A stretch of 64,000 nucleotides of DNA from Marsupella aquatica (taxonomy: Eukaryota > Plantae > Marchantiophyta): the NCBI GenBank assembly GCA_973895155.1, contig OZ316897.1:6027327-6091326 (forward strand), given 5' to 3'. Positions 25,606-38,740 of the stretch are shown piece after piece. The position numbers were made by a program, and so were the translations under genes. The notes below the pieces were generated by a model. The model was not told the DNA's origin. It was given only the letters and a program-made list of their open reading frames with translations, and made no database searches. Numbering within the stretch: the stretch's first letter is position 1; each line of letters starts with the position of its first letter.

Positions 25606-27919
25606 GGCAAAAGGGCAGAGCAGCAATCCGCTAAAAAATGGAACATTCAACAAGAAATGAAGAATAGGCACCCAAGCTCAGACTGTGTAGGAGTACAGTA
25701 CCAAGGCTCAATCCCTCTCTTCATTGGGTCAGCACCTATGTAGGTGCATGCTAAGGAGCAGTAGTGACTACGGCATCTGGGAAGGCGCAACTCAACAACA
25801 GAAATTCAGAAGCACCACTTGGCCGCTTGGGACTGTCTGTGGTAGTCGAACAGTATCATGGGTCTTGCCTGGCTGGGGTGTACGCAAAGAGCGATGTTTG
25901 CCCAATAAGAGCTTATAAGAAAAGGAATGAGTGGGTCTTACCTTGTGAGGGTTTAATCAACTTTGCGCTCGATGATTGGATATATGTTGATAGCGTGCCC
26001 AAGGTTGTAGATTAGTAACGTGTTTGCAACCCTTCCACCTCACCAGCTGCAGCCCATAGTCATAGTCATTTTCAGAAAAATTTGCGCTGCTGAAACTTTG
26101 AAGGAACCTAAGTAAAAAGAAACTTCAACAACACCAGTCAAGTCACGACGTCTTACCAACATTTACAACAAATTAAGGTCACAGGTCCCTAAACCTTGCC
26201 ACTCCGCTACTTGCTCTCCGCTACGACCTTCAACCCTGCCACTCCGCTACAGAATGAAACTAACAAAACCTCCCAATCCCATAAGCCCCGCAAGGACTGG
26301 CGCACCAGTGTCACTGCCAATAGCCCTCAGATCCGAGCTGTTGTTTCCGCGAGAAAAGCCGAGAGTAGAAATAATCGCACCAGTAGTGGTAGCAGAAGAC
26401 AAACCTTGATCAAGCGCTGTTGCTATGCCCGCACGCCATCGCCATCTCTAGAGCTCTCGATCTTCTCACCTGACAAAATCAATCACCATTTGTTTTCAAG
26501 CTGGATATTGGAGTCTGCGTCTCTTGTCCAAGGCTTCCGATCATCTGCTCTGGTCCAAAGCTCCCAAACTTGCAGACTGAGAACGAGTAATAGGGTTGTG
26601 GTATGCATTGGACAAGAAGTCAGTGAGTGAGGTAGTCGACTCTCGGCCACGAAGAGTAGAAGACGAATCAGACGAGCATGAAGACCCCAACAACAATGAC
26701 ATATCCAGACGACGAGTAGGGACTTATGCAATAAAGTCAAACCTTGATCAAGCGCTGCTACTGCACCTGCCTGCCATCACCATCTCTCAAGCGGGAGTGA
26801 AGTCCGTAAAGCTCCTCGCACAAAACCCTTCACAAAACCTTCAGGCACGATGAATGTCCCCGTAAGCACAATGGACAAGCGAGTTTTTTTGAAACTGCCG
26901 AGTTCCCGCATTCAACTCAACTTTGCACTCTGCTGTCGTGTTAAACGAAACCCGCGCACCCTAAACTTGTGTCCAAAGGCACACTCACACACATTGAAGT
27001 GGAGACATTAGTTCACAAAAGAGACACAAAAGTCTATGATTTGCCTAATTTGTTTTTCTCTTTGAAACCAAAGGACTTACGCAATAGTTATATGTGGGGT
27101 GAGTGGTTAGTCACAACTTTGAACCACCCCCTTTGGTGAAAATGTGGCCAAATAGTCAGATATGACCCCACATTACCATTATGAAAAGTACACTTTTTTA
27201 GGGTTGGGGTAGTGAAGAGCTGATCATATATATTTAAGTTGGACATTTAAGTTGGACTTATATTGAACATGAAGCATGCATTGGTTGTCATATATGAAGG
27301 GGGCATGGGAAACATGAAGGTTTCTGGGGCATGGCAATAAGTAAACCCAACCTACATATGTGAGGCTGAAATTGGGTGATAATTAAGCACGCCTTTGGCA
27401 CGACCAGAAGACGTCGATAGAAAAATTAGAGATTGACTACAAAAAGCATTAAGTTAGGTTAGCAAGCTTTGACAAATCCTTTTTGCAGTTGAATGGGGCT
27501 GGGGCGCGCTTCATGGTGTCTAAATGGGGGCAGGAATAATGATGGAATACTCAGTAATGGTTTAAAATGGTATGACCAAACTATAATTAAATCTATGTGG
27601 AATGACATACGGTGTATCCAAAATCATATGTATTGGGTTAGATCCCATACTTTAAGGTTGAAGGGCTCAAATGTTGTGCTCTCATAAGTTGTACTCTAAT
27701 GTAGAGTCGCTTGTATGACTTCAACCTAATTGCCTTAACTGAGTTATAGTTACAACTTCCCTAAAAGTTGTAAACATGACTCCTCAAAACTTCACCAAAA
27801 CTCAGTCAAGAAGGTGTGACTAACATGACACCAACAACCTTGGAGTCGTTGTTTTGTGAAGGTCTCGGACAAGTCATGTTCTTTGTGGTCGCAGAAAGGG
27901 TGGGTTTCTTCTAGTGTTA

Positions 27920-30900
27920 GCAAGGAGCCTGTGGAGTTGCGCAAGTTTAAACTTAGGTGTTATTTTTGCACAGTGTATCTTGTATCGATACAACGTAATT
28001 TGGAGTCAAATTTGCAGTCCCATTGTAGTAGTGTGAACCACTTAAACGCAGTGGCCAGAAGTCATAAACCACCCACTGGTCAACCAGTTCTATCAGGAAA
28101 GGCAGGCAGGCCACCCAGAAGCGACAAGAGAGATGTTCGACAAAGAACAATTGGAGGATTCTTAAGTCGACAAGCTCGAGATAAAGCTTCCAGCAGTCAG
28201 CCTAGGGGTAGCGAATCAAGTGGAGGCTCGAGCAGCCAGACTGGGGATTTAGCACCAGATAAAGGTATTTTGCATGGATGGTCGTTGTTGTGTTGGGGGT
28301 TGTGGAGAGATGTGGTCATATACAAAGGTGAAGTCAGGCCTATCAAGGAAATCCTGTTTGACCAGCTTAAAGTGGAGGGTGACTGGTTTGCAAAGCCTCT
28401 AGTCATTGCCGAGGTGTGGTGTCTATCAACCCAAGAAACATGTGCTATTCAAGGACTGTTTAGACATAAACAGTGCAGTAGAATGTCAGAGGCTGGCGGT
28501 GGTTTTTGAGACCTTACTTGCCAGCAATGTTACTCAATAAAATTTAGGGATGATTTTAGAGGAAGAGCTAGTCGAGAGGCCATCTCAACTCTGAAAAGAG
28601 GGAGCAGAGGGACCGGGAAGGGTCGACGGTTAGATTACCTTACAGTTCCTGAAATCAATTTTCAGGCAAAAGTGTATAAGAGGAACATATTGAGAGAGAG
28701 AAGGCGTGTGAGAATGCTACAACACCGTCTATGCATGCTGCATGCACGAGTCCCTTCACTGAGGGATGTATGTGAGGAGTCACAGAATAGGAAAGATGTG
28801 TTCAAATTTTGCAATTCCATTCCATTGTGTTGGCTCATCGAAGAGGAGCCTTTGGTGGGAGAGATGCATTGTGGGATTTGCTAAGAGATGTAGCTTCCAA
28901 CCTCAATAGGGAAAAGTAGGGTCAGAGGTGGCGATCAGGGTCAAAGCTACTTGTCCAAACACTGTACCAACATGGTAGAAGACGTGTAGTTGACTGCCTA
29001 CAGACTAATGGTCTAGGCCCTAGTCTGAACACCCTTCAACGAGATCAAAGGGGTATGGCAGTGTTTCATGTTGGTATACGAGCGGAGCAATTCAAGTTTG
29101 TGGCCGAAGTGTACTCTCGACTGAAACAGAGGATGGGTATTGATGGTCCTGTGCCATGCTATGTGGCTGAGGATGAGACTGTTGTGAAGCGCACAGTCAA
29201 GTGATTTCATTGTCATGATTATCATCTATCATTGAATTTGAGCTCGGTACTTGTTACCATGCCTAGATTGACTTGGCAATTCACTGAAGTTTTCACGTGC
29301 CATGCAGAGGGCAGCCTAAACATGATACACTTTTGGGATTTTGTGGAGAGAAAGAGAACAATAAATGTGTGGTGGGCTTGACCGTGAAGGTTGGAGAGGG
29401 AGAGGAGGGCTTCAACAACATAACTGAAGCCTTTCAAACATATGTTGTTGGCCACCAAGCAAGAGCGCTTGTAGTGAATCCCCTGGTTCGTGGATTTCCT
29501 CGACTCTGTGTAGGAGGTACCATTACATGCAACAAGTTTAAGGCAGACAATGTAAGAGATCAATGGAATGACATTGGATCCCTATGGACCACTAATTGCT
29601 TGCAATCAGTTGGCCCGCTCTTGGGCCATGCCAGTGATGGGGATTCTCGTAGGAGGAAGCTCATGCTGGAAGATTACACTGGTAAAGGAATACAGGGGCC
29701 CAGATAGAACCTTTGCTGGGAAGGATGGCTATTGAGTCACTTGTTTACTACTGAGGGGCCCTATGTGCATGCTCATGGGTTACATGATCAAGATTACATC
29801 CACAGTGGGAAGAAGCTCATCAACACATTGGATTCCTTGGCTAGAACATTGAAATTAGGGGCGCATGTGGCAAGTTGGAGTCATTTGGGGACTGTACAGA
29901 AGCTTGTTAGCCATGATGAACATGGCATTAACCTTGCAGACATTGGGCATAATGATAGGCAGAATTGGGCTAGTGCACAGAGACTCTGTAGTAGGAAAGT
30001 AGTCTCATCATTGAGGAAGCTTCGACAACGGAAGGATGTGAAAGTGGAGATGTCACTCAGGATTGAGATTTATGTAACCATATGTGCAGACTATTTTGAT
30101 GTGTTCATGAACACATCCCTTACTTTGCGGCAACGGATTGTCCTATGTGGAAAAGTTTGTTTCTTTTTCAGACTTTGGAGACTCTGGTGCTTCCATGGGA
30201 ACCATACTGTAGGTGGTAATACACAGCCAATTAGTTTTACAGCAAGTTGCGTCCCTATGCAAACTTTCCTGGACATTCAAATATCAGTGCATTTTGTGGT
30301 CCTTCTGATAGTCCAGTTTAGAGAGAATTTCCGACATCTGCCAGTACCCTTGCAGATGACAGGCTCTGACTGTTGTGAACAGTTTTTCTCTAAAGTAGGT
30401 GGGATGAAAGGGAATGAGCGAAACTATGACTTTTTGGGACTTGTTGACTGTGCAACCTCTTTAAACAGGTTGGCAGCAATGGACCTGAGTTGTGGGATTG
30501 TAGGTGTAGGGAAAAGTCATAAGAAGCACAGGTCCATTTGGATGTCTCTCATTCCAGGCCCCAAGGAGGATGCTGATCAAGCAGACTATTCAGGCATAGA
30601 AACAAATGAGGAAGTTGCAGCAGCTTTGAAAGAGGGGTTGTTGTTGGCGCAAAATACTACCACTCAACTTGAAATGAACCCATTCACATCTTGCAAAGAC
30701 AAAGTGTGGTGGGATTCACCATGGATCATGGAACAGAAAGGGTCAAAGTTTGGTGGATGGTGTGATGTTCGAGTGGATGATCTCAATCCAGCGGACGATG
30801 TACTAGGTCCCCCAATCCAGCTCTCAACAGGACCTGTAGTCGGGCCACAGGTCCCGAGTACAGTACCGCCTTCTCTAGATCCTACTGCCAAAATACCTGT

Positions 30901-31739
30901 TGGAACTCCTATGGAAATGGAGTTGTTAGTAGACGAGGGAGATGATGGGGTTCCAGATGTTCAGATAGCTTCTGCTGGATGTGTGGCAGTTATGTCCGAG
31001 ATTTATGCTGGTCAACCTGGTGTATGGTGAGCCTAGCTATTGTTGATGTGAAACCTACTGTGAGGTTCCAAGGTCGGCAAATATACAAGAGCACATTGGT
31101 TAGTCAGCTTGTTGGGAATCCCCATCTTAGTAAGGACCGTTTGACTTGCGTGAAGCAGAGCATTTATTTCAACAATTTAGTGGATAAGCCAGTGAATCGA
31201 GGTGTACCCACTATGTTCATGACCGTTGGTAGTGATTGTGGTGTATTATTTGAAGATAATACACCACAGGTGAGAGAAACTCAAAATTCTGGAGGAAGTT
31301 CTCAATGCTTGAAAGGGAAAGGAGTTCGAAAGAAAGTGTGTGGCCAGGACTCTAGTGCCCTCCCCAACCCAAAGAGGCCACGAGGTGTGGCAGTCAATGT
31401 GGCCATAGTACCTGACATTCCTAAATATGTGTGGTGGATAGGACGAGTACAATGCATTCAGAGGAGGTATAATGGGAAAGTTGGTAGAACAAGAGAAGCT
31501 GTGGATTTGCTTGATAGGCCTGGTGTTGATCAGGGAGTGAAAGTTCGATTTGATTGGTTTTCACGAGTGGGAAATAGCAGGCTAAATTTATGTACAATGT
31601 CTCCGATCCTTACTGGTTTGACTTGGACTGTGTCATATCAACAGTCACTTTATCAGTGAATCCTGGTTGTCCAAACATCTTCCACCTAGATCAAGCAGAT
31701 GCAGTTGTTCTGGATGATTTTGTCCAGACCCAAAAATGA
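27920..31739 (+). pseudogene. P-element-like (THAP9/Tnp_P-type) DDE transposase, 3' part, with stops and frameshifts
   Basis: Ordered motifs YVAEDET (~29160), HASDGDSRRR (~29630), QDYIHSGKKLIN (DxxH, ~29790), DRQNWASAQRL (~29955) and SDCCEQFFSKV (~30365) follow the P-transposase D-D-DxxH-E layout. A second C2H2-like finger RCYFC...HCSSVNH lies at ~27955. Confidence 0.6.
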
Positions 31740-32657
31740 TAACCCTAAAGCTCTAAAATTGTTTTATGATGAATGATATTCATTGATTGATTGCAGGGTA
31801 ATCGAGTTGATGTACAAGCGAGTACGTACTTTAACTATCTATTGTCTTCAATTCATATGCATGTGGAGAGGTTATAGATAGCATTTCATGTACATCTTTA
31901 TGCCACAAGAAAAATGTAGTCTCCCTAATTTGCATGTTCTAATGAGGGTTACTTGGCTTGCCTCAAGTGTCTTTGTTCGATTGTGTTCTGTAACCTGGCC
32001 TGCAACAGACTAGGCAACAGACCCGACAACAATATGGTGTGTTCTAGACCTGGTTCTAGAGGGAGCACAGTGAAACATCAAATATATGGATTGGATGTAC
32101 CAATGCCCAAGCGGGGGCTGAAGGATGACCCCACTCCATGAAGAGAAATGTTGCCAAGGAGTGGGCCTAGTAGGAGCGGGAGTAGGAAAGCTGGAGACGG
32201 GGCTGGAGAGACTAGGAAGCCCGCTAGGAAGTCTCCTATTGTGATGTTAGCTAATGAAACAATCTGTCCCTCTAATTTCAAGAAGGACAGTAGTGAAGCC
32301 CAATGGATTTGCACTGAGTGTGGTGATGAAAGTCTTTGTAATATTTGCTCTCAGTTTGCAGAAGTGAATGCTCTTAGTTTGCAGAAGTGAATGCTCCCAT
32401 CCCATACGAATGGAGCAACATTAAGAATCTATGGCCTAGTAGGATGCCCGGTAGGATGTCTGGTAGGATGTCTGGCACATTAGACGCAGGAGTAGTGTTT
32501 GACTTCTCTGCCCTGTTAAGTGGGATACCCTTTGCAATGCCCAGTGAATTGTCACCTCTGTTTATGTCTTGTAGTGAGATTTTGCTGGAATCGTTTGGAG
32601 AACTTTGATATTCCTTCTAGTATAAATTAGCTGTCTAGTGATTTGTGTGCTAAAAAG

Positions 32658-33845
32658 TCACGGAACTCGACTACCTTAACACTTAGCTCCGGCGTCGCTG
32701 ACTCCGACGCCAAGCTCCCTTATGGTCCAGGCCCGGATAGGCCATCCGGGGAGGACTTAGCATGGGGAGACTTGTGGGCAATGAGACGTGGCACTGGCGA
32801 GGCAAGGAGCCAAGCTGGGGACACAAACTAGGGACTTGGACTAGCCTATGGCTGGTCGGGTCAAGGGGAAATGGGCCGGGCTCAAGGATGGCCGTCCGGA
32901 CCGTCGGATGGGCTTTGAGTTCTAAGGGCTTGGGAGTGAGCTCCTCTTGGGCCCAAGGCCAATGGAGTTGACGCCATTGGCAGCGGACGCTTGGGGCGCA
33001 AGTTGTGACCCGATCCGGGTTGGGCCGGTCAGGGGCCCCGAGCAGAAATCAGACCTGAGAGCCTAGGCATGAGCACTGGGTCGGCCCGGTCATAACGGGC
33101 TAAGGCACTCCGCTTGCGGATGCCTATCAAGAAAGTTATGGGCATTGCCAGTTGGTGGCGCGCCCATTATGCGCGATAGGATCCGGGTTGGGGGCCAAAT
33201 GTTTAGGGACCAAAGCTGGTCCGGGGGTGGCAGGTCTCCAGAAGCATATATGAGGGGAGTGGTGTCTCGCTGGGGCCAAAGGGCGAGCCGAAGTCGTGAG
33301 CCGCGGTGGTCGCGACACTTAGGGAAACCGCCAAACGGAAATGGCGATATCTTCCCAACGGGAAGTCCGTTGGAGGACTTCTTGGGTGCGTTGGAAATCT
33401 CTTGAGGAGGGCTACGCCCTCCTGAGCTCATCTGGGTCTGGGGGTGCCATGAGTTCTCGTGGTTTGCGGGTGTTGGCTCGCCCACTTGCCAAATCCTGCC
33501 GAACAGCAGCCAAGCCGCGTTCAGCCTCCCAAGGGAGCTTACGTTGGGGAGGCAAGGCCAAGTAGGTGTGGAGGCTGAGTCCAAAGGATGCTCGGTCCCT
33601 AGACCATCAGTGGGGCGAACCGGGAGTGGGTGTTAGAGTCGGGGCTGTTCTGGTCCCGGCGTGTTGAGACAAGCTTGGGACAAGCTTTAGGACAAGCTAT
33701 GCTATTTGGGCCATGAGCATGTCCTGAGGTCAGGGCGATCAATTGGTGATGGATAGGTACGAGGGGGAACCCGGGCCGCACCCAAGGAAGGAGCTGTCCT
33801 GGACGGACAGTGGGCGTGGGTTCTAGTTCCGGCTTATGGCATCGG
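32658..33845 (+). repeat. ~1.2-kb GC-rich direct repeat, copy 1
   Basis: Colinear with 35551-36722 from CGGAACTCGACTAC to TTCCGGCTTATGGCA. Confidence 0.9.
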
Positions 33846-34802
33846 GAGGACCTATCGCTTACCTATTTACCAACGTCTGTTGAGCTTGAGTCAGGATGCT
33901 AGACTTGGCAAGTTCTAGATCCGGAGGGGTTACTTACCGAGATGCTTGGTTGCTTGTGCAGACAGTGAGGACTGTGGAGGAGCGGTCGTGTAGGAGAGCG
34001 AGTACGGCTTCGTATGGGAGGGGCCGTGGGTGGTACTAGAGGCACTTGGATGCTTGCTCGAGGTATTCCATGGAGGCGTTCGGGCACCAAGGGCACTTAG
34101 GTGCAAGTGCTGGGATTGGTGAGGGCGCTGGGTGGCTAGGTCCACCACTTAAAGTCCCAATGGACTTGCACACATTGCCAAAAATTATATGGCAATATGT
34201 TTGTTTAGTGTTATTGCCATTATTTAATTGGCAGATTACATAAAATGTGCACTCAGTATTGAATGTCTTCACAAACGATTGTTTTATAACAAATGAAGGG
34301 TATTTTAAATCCCTAAATCTGTGTGATTAAATTAACGTAGGTAAATCTTATATAGGATTGAAAATTCTCTTTAGAACAAACAAGATATATTTTAATCTTC
34401 CTCCAAAATATAACAAGGGGTACCTAGGGGACCTTCGGTCACAGGTATGTCTCATTACATTCCCTCTAGTGAGGGCCCAAGGACCAATCGTAATTCTGAT
34501 CTGATATCGATTGTAATTCCGCACGAACAATTCATGTATCTTAGAGAGCTGCGGTTCAGGGTTGTCATAAACCGTAGTCCCATCTCATAGAGCTTCTCTG
34601 ACATGGGGTTCATGGTCGTAAATGTGGTTCATGGTGGTCAAATATGTATGGAACCTGTACGGAAAGCTTTCCAAGCGTAAACCAGGGGGTACGGATTCCG
34701 TACCCCATCCCGAAGAGGGTCTTTGAGATGGGTGGAAGGATATTTGAGATGGGTGACGGAAATTTTGCAACAAAATTTAATGTTGGAACTAAAACCGTCT
34801 GA

Positions 34803-35133
34803 GAGAGGCTCTCTCAGATGGCAAGGTAATACTCTCTCAGATGGCAAGGTAATATTTTATTAAATAAAACATTGTACGGAAAAATATGGATAAAGAAAAT
34901 TCCATCCCGGAGGCTCTCTCAGATGGCAAGGTAATTTTTTATTAAATAAAATATGGTATAGAAAAACATGGATAAAGAAAATTCCATCCCAGAGAGGCTC
35001 TCAGATGGCAAGGTAATATTTTATTAAATAAAATATGGTACAGAAAAACATGGATAAAGAAAATTCCATCCTGGAGAGGCTCTCTCAGATGGCAAGGAAA
35101 AGTACTTAGGGAATCGCATCCCAGAGAGGTCTC
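34803..35133 (+). repeat. ~82-bp tandem repeat (about 3.5 units)
   Basis: The unit GAGAGGCTCTCTCAGATGGCAAGGTAAT...ATGGATAAAGAAAATTCCATCC recurs at ~34830, ~34910, ~34992 and ~35073. Confidence 0.85.
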
Positions 35134-35550
35134 TAACATAGCGAGCGGTTGCGCATGGTGCAGGTAATTGTACTGTAGGGAGTGCCCGTTTTGACTGCCC
35201 ATGTCATGTACCGTACGTGGGTGACGTATTGAGGGTACAATCAGTTGTGATCCGTGAGTTTGGAACGTGAATTTGAGTACACCCAAGGCAGTTGGATTGA
35301 CTACTTTATTGACTAGATCTTGTACGCCCAATGCACTAGATACGGATACCTATCATGAGGGTGAACAGGCACCGCAAATAGTTGGTATCGGTTACCGTAC
35401 CGTCACTGAGGCTGCGTAGTGAGGCTGCCAACAACCATGAGTCAACATCTTGTTAGCTCCCATTATTGGCGGGAGATTTGGAGTTTTGGGCGATAGCCTA
35501 TAGAAGTGATCTGTCGCTCATTCTTGATTGTCGAATCTTGGTCACTTCAA

Positions 35551-36722
35551 TCGCGGAACTCGACTACTTTAACATGTAGCTCCGGCATTGCTGACTCCGA
35601 CGCCAAGCTCCCTTATGGTCCAGGCCTGGATAGGCCATCCGGGGAGGACTTAGCATGGGGAGACTTGTGGACAACGAGACGTGGCGCTAGCGAAGGCAAG
35701 GAGCCAACTAAGCTGGTGACACACACTAAGGACTTGGACTAGTTGAGAGCTGGTCGGGTCAAGGGGAAATGGGTCGGGCTCAAGGATGACCGTCCGGACC
35801 TCCGGATGGACTTTGAGTTCTGAGGGCTTGAGTGTGAGCTCCTCTTGGGCCCCAAGGCCAATGGAGTTGACGCCATGGGCAACGGACGCTTGGGGCGCAA
35901 GTTATGGCTCGATCCGGGTTGGGCCGATCGGAGGCCCTGAGCGGCGAAGAGACCTGAGGACCTAGGCATGCGCACTGGGTCGGCCTGATCACAACGGGCT
36001 AAGGCACTCCGCTTGCGAATGCCTAACGAGAAAGTTATGGGCGTTGCCAGTTGGTGGCGCGCCCATTATGCGCAATAGGATCCGGGTTGGGGGCCAAATG
36101 TTTAGGGACCAAAGCTGGTCCAGGGGTGACAGGTCTCCAGAAGCATATATGAGGGGAGTGGTGTCTCCCTGGGGGCTAAGGGCAAGCCGAAGTCGTGAGC
36201 CGCGGCTGTCTCGACACTAAGGGAAACTTCCAAACGGAAATGGCGATATCTTCCCAATGGGAAGTCCATTGGAGGACTTCTTGGGTGTGTTGGAAAGCTC
36301 TCAACAAGGGCTACGCCTTCCTGAGCTCATCTGGGTCTGGGGGAACCATGGGTTCTCGTGGTTTGCAGGTGTTAACTCGCCTGCTTGCCAAATCCTGCCG
36401 AGCCACGTTTAGTCTCCCAAGGGAGCTTGCATTGGGGAGGCAAGGCCAAGTAGGTGTGGAGGTCGAGTTCCAAGAGTGTTCGGCCCCTAGACCATGACTG
36501 AAGCGTATCAGGAGTTGGTTGCTAGAGTCGGGGCCATTCTGGTCCCGGCGTGTTGGGACAAGCTTTAGGACAAGCTACGCTATTGCGCCATGAGCATGTC
36601 CTGGGGTCAGGGCGGTCAATTGGTGATGGATAAGTACTAGGGGGAACCCGGGCCGCGCCCAAGGAAAGAGTTGTTCCGGATGAACAGTGGGCGTGGGTTC
36701 TGGTTCCGGCTTATGGCACCGG
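35551..36722 (+). repeat. ~1.2-kb GC-rich direct repeat, copy 2
   Basis: Colinear with 32658-33845, with scattered substitutions and small indels. Confidence 0.9.
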
Positions 36723-38740
36723 TGTCGTCGAGATGGATAATAGAGGAAAGGAAGTGAAGGCCTTATTGTTGAGTTGGAAATATTTGGTGAAGGGATTCGA
36801 TCAGTTTGGGTGTGAGTTTTGTTGTTATGGAAAAAGTTCAATAAGACAGAATTGGAATAAAAAGGAGAAAAGTGAAGCTTAGGCTTAAAGAATTTGAGGC
36901 AATTATTGTGGTTGAGACACGTGGCATCTCGTGAGCACGTCTCATAAGGGTCAGTTGAAGTGGAGCGCGATATAAGGAGGAACGAGAGGATTCGAATTAT
37001 AAGGACATGTTGGTCCAGGAGATTGCAGTTGAGGCGCGGAGGTTAGAGAGGAGTTCGGAAGCAATACGAGGAGAAGTGGAGAGCGCTAGGCAGGTTCGAG
37101 GAGGGAGGGGGAAACAGCCAATTTTGTGGGCAGATAGTGTGGTGGATGCTGATCTTGTCTTCGGATGATAGGGCGATGGTGAGGTTTTGGTGAGCGAAGG
37201 AAAAGGGCTGAGCTGCCGATCGTTGAGGCTGTTGGAAGAAGTTTTGGAGTGCTTAGAAGCTTGAGACGTGGAAGAGGTGGAGTTCAGGGAAAAGTCACTG
37301 GAAAAGAGGAGAGTACTAATGAAGTTCGCGAGTGTGACTGGTCGAAGTCATCATTGGGGAATAGGGGAAGATTGACTGTGAAGGTTCAGGGGCTATGGTG
37401 AAGGCAGAGAATACCTATGAGCGAGGCAAATGAGACTAAGGTCTGAGATGGAATTTGTAGAGCATTGTGATTGATGAATGAATTTTTTTTAAGGAAGTAA
37501 ATCAATTGATGAAGCAAGGAAGAGCAAAGACACGGCGAATAATGAAAAATCAAGATGGAGCGAAACAAGGATCGACTGAATTCAGCAATAGTTTTTCAGC
37601 TGGCAAGAATTGAGATGGAGTGAAAGAAAAGATCAGGCTGATGAAAAGAGAGACTGGACTGCTGGACGCAAAGGGCGTTAGTGTTAAGTGAGTTCTGAAT
37701 GCGAATTGTAGAAGAGTTCTTTTTGCGTGAAAGAGAGAGATCGGCGAACAGAGGCGAAGGTGATACAACAACGTGCAGTTAAATGAGACTAAGGTCCGGG
37801 AGGTTAAACGACAAATCCATAGATGCTGTTAGAATTTTTTTGGTGAAGCAGAGCATCGAGAAGGAGCGGGATGAGCTTGTTGTTGCTTCCCATCTGCTTG
37901 ATCTTTACCTTTAGCAAATTTCATCGTGCGACGTTCCTCCCGAAAGCCTTGCCATGTCGTACCGTGTAGTCCACAGCAAGATCGCTCCCGAAGACATCAA
38001 TTAGCAGTGTTGTTGATGCTTTTGAACCGATCTGAGAGTGCAGAGCAGGATGGCGTTGGAGAGTTGAAATGAGAGCGATGGTCGGCTGAGAGGGACGGAA
38101 GGACATGGTTGATTTGAGTCTTCTCCGACTGTTTTTGAATTGAATCTGAGGGACGATAATGAAACGGATGAGAGGAGAAGACAATAATTGAACGTTGGCA
38201 GAGAAGTCGAAAGAGAGTGGAACGCCAGTGGCTTAGGGAAGCACAGAAAAAGGAGGTGAAAGGAAGGGAATGGCCACGCATCACAAAGTGATGGAGGGAT
38301 TTCTTTTGTTTTCAGACGAAGCAGGCTATGGGACTTGAGAGGAAGGACCATCAGGAAAACTCAGAAAAATATTGAACATTGCTGAACAGAACGAAAATGA
38401 GAAAAGAAGGGAACGAAAGCTCTAAGGAGAGACAAAAATGAGAAAAGAAGGGAACGAAAGCTCTAAGGAGAGACAACAAAGTAGCGCAAAACAGGGGGAA
38501 AGCAATTTTGAAGCTTAGTTTAAAAGTATGGAACCAGGCTTAAAGTAGGTAAAAGAAAAAGGAAGAAAAATAATAATAATAACCTAGAGGAAGGAAGCAA
38601 GATGGCAGGGAGAAAATTCTTCTTCCTTTGGGATTGGGAGGACAAGGAGATGAGACAATTCTTCTTCCTTTGGGATTGGGAGGACAAGGAGATGGGACAG
38701 GAAAGAAAGAATTATGGAGTGCTTAAAAAGGAGGAAAAGG

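Noticed and set aside
34803-35133. CRISPR-like repeat-spacer array
   Set aside because: The intervening sequences are near-identical to each other, so this is an ordinary tandem repeat.
34557-35439. hAT-like MITE bounded by CA(G/T)GGTTGT
   Set aside because: Only ~9 bp of imperfect inverted match and no 8-bp TSD.
32658-36722. Canonical LTR pair of an intact retrotransposon
   Set aside because: No TG...CA ends, PBS, PPT, TSD or gag/pol found.
38395-38700. Two 42-bp tandem duplications and the N-terminus of ORF 38602-39108
   Set aside because: These are local slippage duplications in purine-rich DNA. The ORF start lies outside the L1 TSD and is fortuitous.
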